Origin: an uncultured Opitutia bacterium
GTDB taxonomy: Bacteria > Verrucomicrobiota > Verrucomicrobiia > Opitutales > Opitutaceae
Length of the DNA: 16,000 bases
Direction: 5' to 3'
Assembly (NCBI GenBank): GCA_903840415.1
Contig: CAIMFY010000095.1
Location: forward strand, 3,249-19,248
In this document: positions 13,123 through 16,000 of the stretch, piece by piece
Position numbering within the stretch: the stretch's first letter is position 1
How the letters are laid out: every line of letters starts with the position of its first letter
Notes under the pieces: generated by a model
Database searches by the model: none
What the model was told of the DNA's origin: nothing
The model's input: the letters and a program-made list of their open reading frames with translations, nothing else
Translations under genes and position numbers: made by a program

Positions 13123-16000
13123 ATGAATCCCACGAACCTGACCTGCCGGCGTTGGCCGGTCATTTTATTGGCGATGTTCGGCTGGCTGCTGGCCGCGCTC
13201 GCCCTGCACGCCCAACCCGCGGTTACTGGTTCGATCCAAGGCCGCGTCTACAACCCGGCCGCCAAAGAATACGTTAGCAACGCCGAGGTGCGCCTCGACG
13301 GCACTAACCAAGTGACCTACACCGAGAGCGACGGCACTTTCCGGTTTGATAACGTCGCGCCTGGTTCGGCGTCGATCACGGTTAATTACTCAGGCTACAA
13401 TTCCGTCAAAGAGTCCTTCACGGTGACGGCGGGCCAACCTGCAGTGCGCGAGATCAATCTCACGAGCACCGAAGTGGCGACGCGCAAGGAAGGCGAGGTC
13501 GTCCAACTTGCGGCGTTCTCGGTCGAGAGCGAGCGTGAGGGCAATTCAAAGGCGGTCATGGCCCAGCGGCGCAACATGAACATCACCACCTCCGTCTCTT
13601 CCGACATCTTCGGCGACGTAACTGACGGCAATGTCGGCGAGTTTCTGAAATACCTGCCGGGCGTCGACCTCCAATATGTCGAATCCGAGGCGCGTGGTCC
13701 CCGCCTCGGCGGGATGGATCCCCAATACGTCGGGGTCTCCTTCGACGGCATGCGCACGGCCAGCGCCGACCAGAACCGCGGCGGCGGCGCGGCCTCGCGG
13801 GCCACGAGCTTCGAGGGCTTCTCCATCACCGCCATCGAATCGATCGAGATCAACCGCACAGCTAGTCCGGAGAACGATGCGGACTCGCCGGCCGGCACCG
13901 TCAACATGAAGACCAAGCGCGCTTTCGACCGAAAGGGCCGCTCCATCGATTACAACGCCAGCCTGAATTTCAACGACATGCAGTTGACGCTCCGCCGGAC
14001 GCCCGGCCCGCGTGATCGTGTGGATTACAAGTGGAAACCCAACGGGCAACTCACCTACGCCGAGTCGTTCCTCGACCAGCGCTTCGGTATCCTGCTGAGC
14101 GCGAGCCATGCGGCTTCCTTCACCGAGCAATACCTCGAGACCTTGTCCTACAACAAGAGCCCGACAGCCACGGACACCCGGCCTTCGGTCATCTATGATA
14201 TCCTGTTCAAGGACGGGCCCAAGTTCATCATCAAGGATTCGCTCCTGCTGACGGCTGATTTTAAGGCGACGCCCAACCTCGTGTTCTCACTGAACATGAT
14301 CTACAGTTACTACGACGGTCAGTTCTCGAATCGCCAGTTCGAATTCGTCTCCGCCAACAACAATGCCAACGTGAACAACGGCCGTTCCACTATCGGTGGT
14401 GACGGCATGACCACCGTCATCGCGACCCGGGCCGCGACAGGCAGCGTGAATAACGTGGCCACACTCAACAACACCTCCGGGACCGCCGACAAGCTGGTTT
14501 ACACCCGGCAGGTCGCGCCGCGATTCGAATACAAAAATGGATCGTGGACGGTCGATGGGATGATGGCCTACTCGCGCTCCGTGAACAATTACGAGGCGCT
14601 CGAACGCGGTTTCACGTCCCAGGAACTAGGGGGTGTAGCCAGCAGTTGGACGGCGACTCGCCCGAGTCAGAATTCGTGGGAATGGACGATTCGCCAGAAC
14701 TCCGGCCCCGACTGGTATAACCTCAACAGCTTTACCAATACCAACACTAGCACCGGCGGTGCGACCGTAAACAACGTCGATCGCTTGTGGGCCACGGAGA
14801 AATGGACCGGCACCGGCAACGCGCGGTGGGTGTTCCCGTTCCTGAAACAATTCCCCACCGTGATCAAATTCGGCGGCAAATGGGACGAGGAGACTCGGAA
14901 AAACAACGACCACGGCGCGTGGGAAACATGGACCTATACCGGTCCGAATGGAAACACTACGACCATCAGTCCGACTACCGGCACACCCATTCTCACTACG
15001 TTCAACAGCTGGGGCAATGTCGGACCGGAGTATACCTCCTCCACTCCGTTCAACACCGGCACCATGAACGCCGCGACGGTCTACAACATCAACGGCGTTC
15101 TGGGCATGCCGCCGCGCGTGAACCGCGATGGCGTCGCGAATCTCTTCGTAGCCCATCCGGAGTGGTTCGTGCAGACCGCCACCCCGGAGAATTGGTATAC
15201 GGCCTTTGTCGCCAACGCACGGGACTTCCGCCAGACGGTTACCGCAGGCTACTCCCAGGCCGATGTGCGCCTCACCAACAAGCTGCAGTTGCGGTTCGGT
15301 GTCCGCATGGAGCGCACCCAGAACGCGCTGACCGAGTTCGATCCGAAGACCCGCGATGAAGTGATCGCCGCTGGCTACACCGTGAACGCGGTCGGCACCA
15401 ACAACGGCCGCGCTCTGACAATCCCGGGCATGCAGTACGAATTCATGAGTAATCCGCGGGTGACCCGACACTCGCAATACCACAACTACTTTCCATCGGT
15501 CCTGGCAAAGTATCAGATCCTGCCGAACTTCGAGTTCCAGGCGGGCTACAACAAGGGAATCGGCCGGCCTCCGATCGACAGTCTCACGGGGTTGTGGGTG
15601 ATCAATGAGAACAACTCCACCGTCGCGGCACCCAATCCCAACCTTTTGCCCGAGTATCACAAAGTGACTCAGGCTCGCCTGGCCTATTATTTCGGCGGCC
15701 GTTCACCAGGCCAGCTATCGCTCCAGGTTCAGCAGGACATAGCTGAGAACCTGATTGTCACCCAGAATTACTCTGCGAGCGATTTCGGTGTCGTTGATCC
15801 GGCTTACTCGGGCTATACCTTCGTCACGTCCGCCAACAGTGACACCACGCAAAGGTCGCGAACCTTGGATCTGAACTACAACCAAACGCTGGGCTTCCTG
15901 CCGGGCGAATACCTGCGGGGAATCAGCATCGGTGGCACCGCCAGTCGCGCGTATGCCAACATCCGCCGGGCAGATATGGCCCCCTACCGGGCCACGGGGC
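13123..16000 (+). CDS. TonB-dependent outer-membrane receptor with an N-terminal carboxypeptidase-regulatory-like domain; 3' end outside the window
   Basis: My manual translation from ATG 13123 has no stop through 15999 (at least 959 codons). It is absent from the ORF track because it is open-ended. Signal peptide MNPTNLTCRRWPVILLAMFGWLLAALALHAQ. 'GSIQGRVYN...SNAEVRLDGTNQVTYTESDGTFRFDNVAPGSASITVNYSGY' is a CarboxypepD_reg-like domain. 'NITTSVSSDIFGDVTDGNVGEFLKYLPGVDLQY...RLGGMDPQYVGVSFDGMR...IESIEINRTASPENDADSPAGTVNMKTK' is the plug. An Asn/Thr/Tyr/Gly-rich barrel sequence follows. Confidence 0.85.
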   Translation, partial: MNPTNLTCRRWPVILLAMFGWLLAALALHAQPAVTGSIQGRVYNPAAKEYVSNAEVRLDGTNQVTYTESDGTFRFDNVAPGSASITVNYSGYNSVKESFTVTAGQPAVREINLTSTEVATRKEGEVVQLAAFSVESEREGNSKAVMAQRRNMNITTSVSSDIFGDVTDGNVGEFLKYLPGVDLQYVESEARGPRLGGMDPQYVGVSFDGMRTASADQNRGGGAASRATSFEGFSITAIESIEINRTASPENDADSPAGTVNMKTKRAFDRKGRSIDYNASLNFNDMQLTLRRTPGPRDRVDYKWKPNGQLTYAESFLDQRFGILLSASHAASFTEQYLETLSYNKSPTATDTRPSVIYDILFKDGPKFIIKDSLLLTADFKATPNLVFSLNMIYSYYDGQFSNRQFEFVSANNNANVNNGRSTIGGDGMTTVIATRAATGSVNNVATLNNTSGTADKLVYTRQVAPRFEYKNGSWTVDGMMAYSRSVNNYEALERGFTSQELGGVASSWTATRPSQNSWEWTIRQNSGPDWYNLNSFTNTNTSTGGATVNNVDRLWATEKWTGTGNARWVFPFLKQFPTVIKFGGKWDEETRKNNDHGAWETWTYTGPNGNTTTISPTTGTPILTTFNSWGNVGPEYTSSTPFNTGTMNAATVYNINGVLGMPPRVNRDGVANLFVAHPEWFVQTATPENWYTAFVANARDFRQTVTAGYSQADVRLTNKLQLRFGVRMERTQNALTEFDPKTRDEVIAAGYTVNAVGTNNGRALTIPGMQYEFMSNPRVTRHSQYHNYFPSVLAKYQILPNFEFQAGYNKGIGRPPIDSLTGLWVINENNSTVAAPNPNLLPEYHKVTQARLAYYFGGRSPGQLSLQVQQDIAENLIVTQNYSASDFGVVDPAYSGYTFVTSANSDTTQRSRTLDLNYNQTLGFLPGEYLRGISIGGTASRAYANIRRADMAPYRATG

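Noticed and set aside
14626-15660. 344-aa minus-strand ORF and 190-aa plus-strand ORF (14787-15359) inside the TBDR region
   Set aside because: Frame +1 from ATG 13123 is open through the window end and has plug and barrel features. These alternative-frame ORFs are Arg/Gly/His-rich with no motifs.
1-16000. Scan for tRNA/rRNA genes, CRISPR arrays, IS/transposase/integrase genes, toxin-antitoxin or defence-system genes
   Set aside because: I noticed no T-loop (GGTTCGAATCC-type) motif outside coding frames, no regularly spaced repeats, no terminal inverted repeats, and no ORF with transposase, integrase or nuclease motifs. The window looks like core or accessory metabolic chromosome rather than a mobile or defence island.

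Overview
High-GC bacterial chromosomal segment. The gene content (DUF1080, DUF2911, a CarboxypepD_reg-type TonB-dependent receptor, many Sec/Tat-exported proteins) suggests Verrucomicrobiota/Opitutaceae-like, but this is only an inference. I support 12 coding regions, two of them truncated by the window edges. In order they are: the Tat-signal N-terminus of a minus-strand gene; a translationally coupled pair (an S9 peptidase-family homolog plus a secreted protein of unknown function with a helical-repeat C-terminus); rpoZ; a stand-alone rpmI; a DUF1080 (3-keto-disaccharide-hydrolase-like) protein; a divergent rhomboid-fold membrane protein; a DUF2911 protein; a cytochrome b562-like protein; a dienelactone hydrolase; a 1033-aa GH2-type glycosidase with an extra C-terminal domain; a small GtrA-like membrane protein; and a large TonB-dependent receptor. 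The receptor is absent from the ORF track because it runs off the 3' end. I found no rRNA, tRNA, CRISPR array, transposase/integrase or recognisable defence genes. One clean rho-independent terminator is visible at 7501-7532 on the minus strand. No convincing novel multi-gene system stands out. The most notable signals are three enzyme homologs whose catalytic motifs look degenerate by eye: S9 Ser->Gly with no His, GH2 NE->NQ, and rhomboid TM2 His/Asn lost. Other points are the uncharacterised coupled operon at 218-4059, rpmI detached from infC/rplT behind a 327-bp ORF-free leader, and a lower-GC GtrA/TBDR segment with small repeats in its regulatory gaps. All family calls come from by-eye motif recognition. 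No searches were run.
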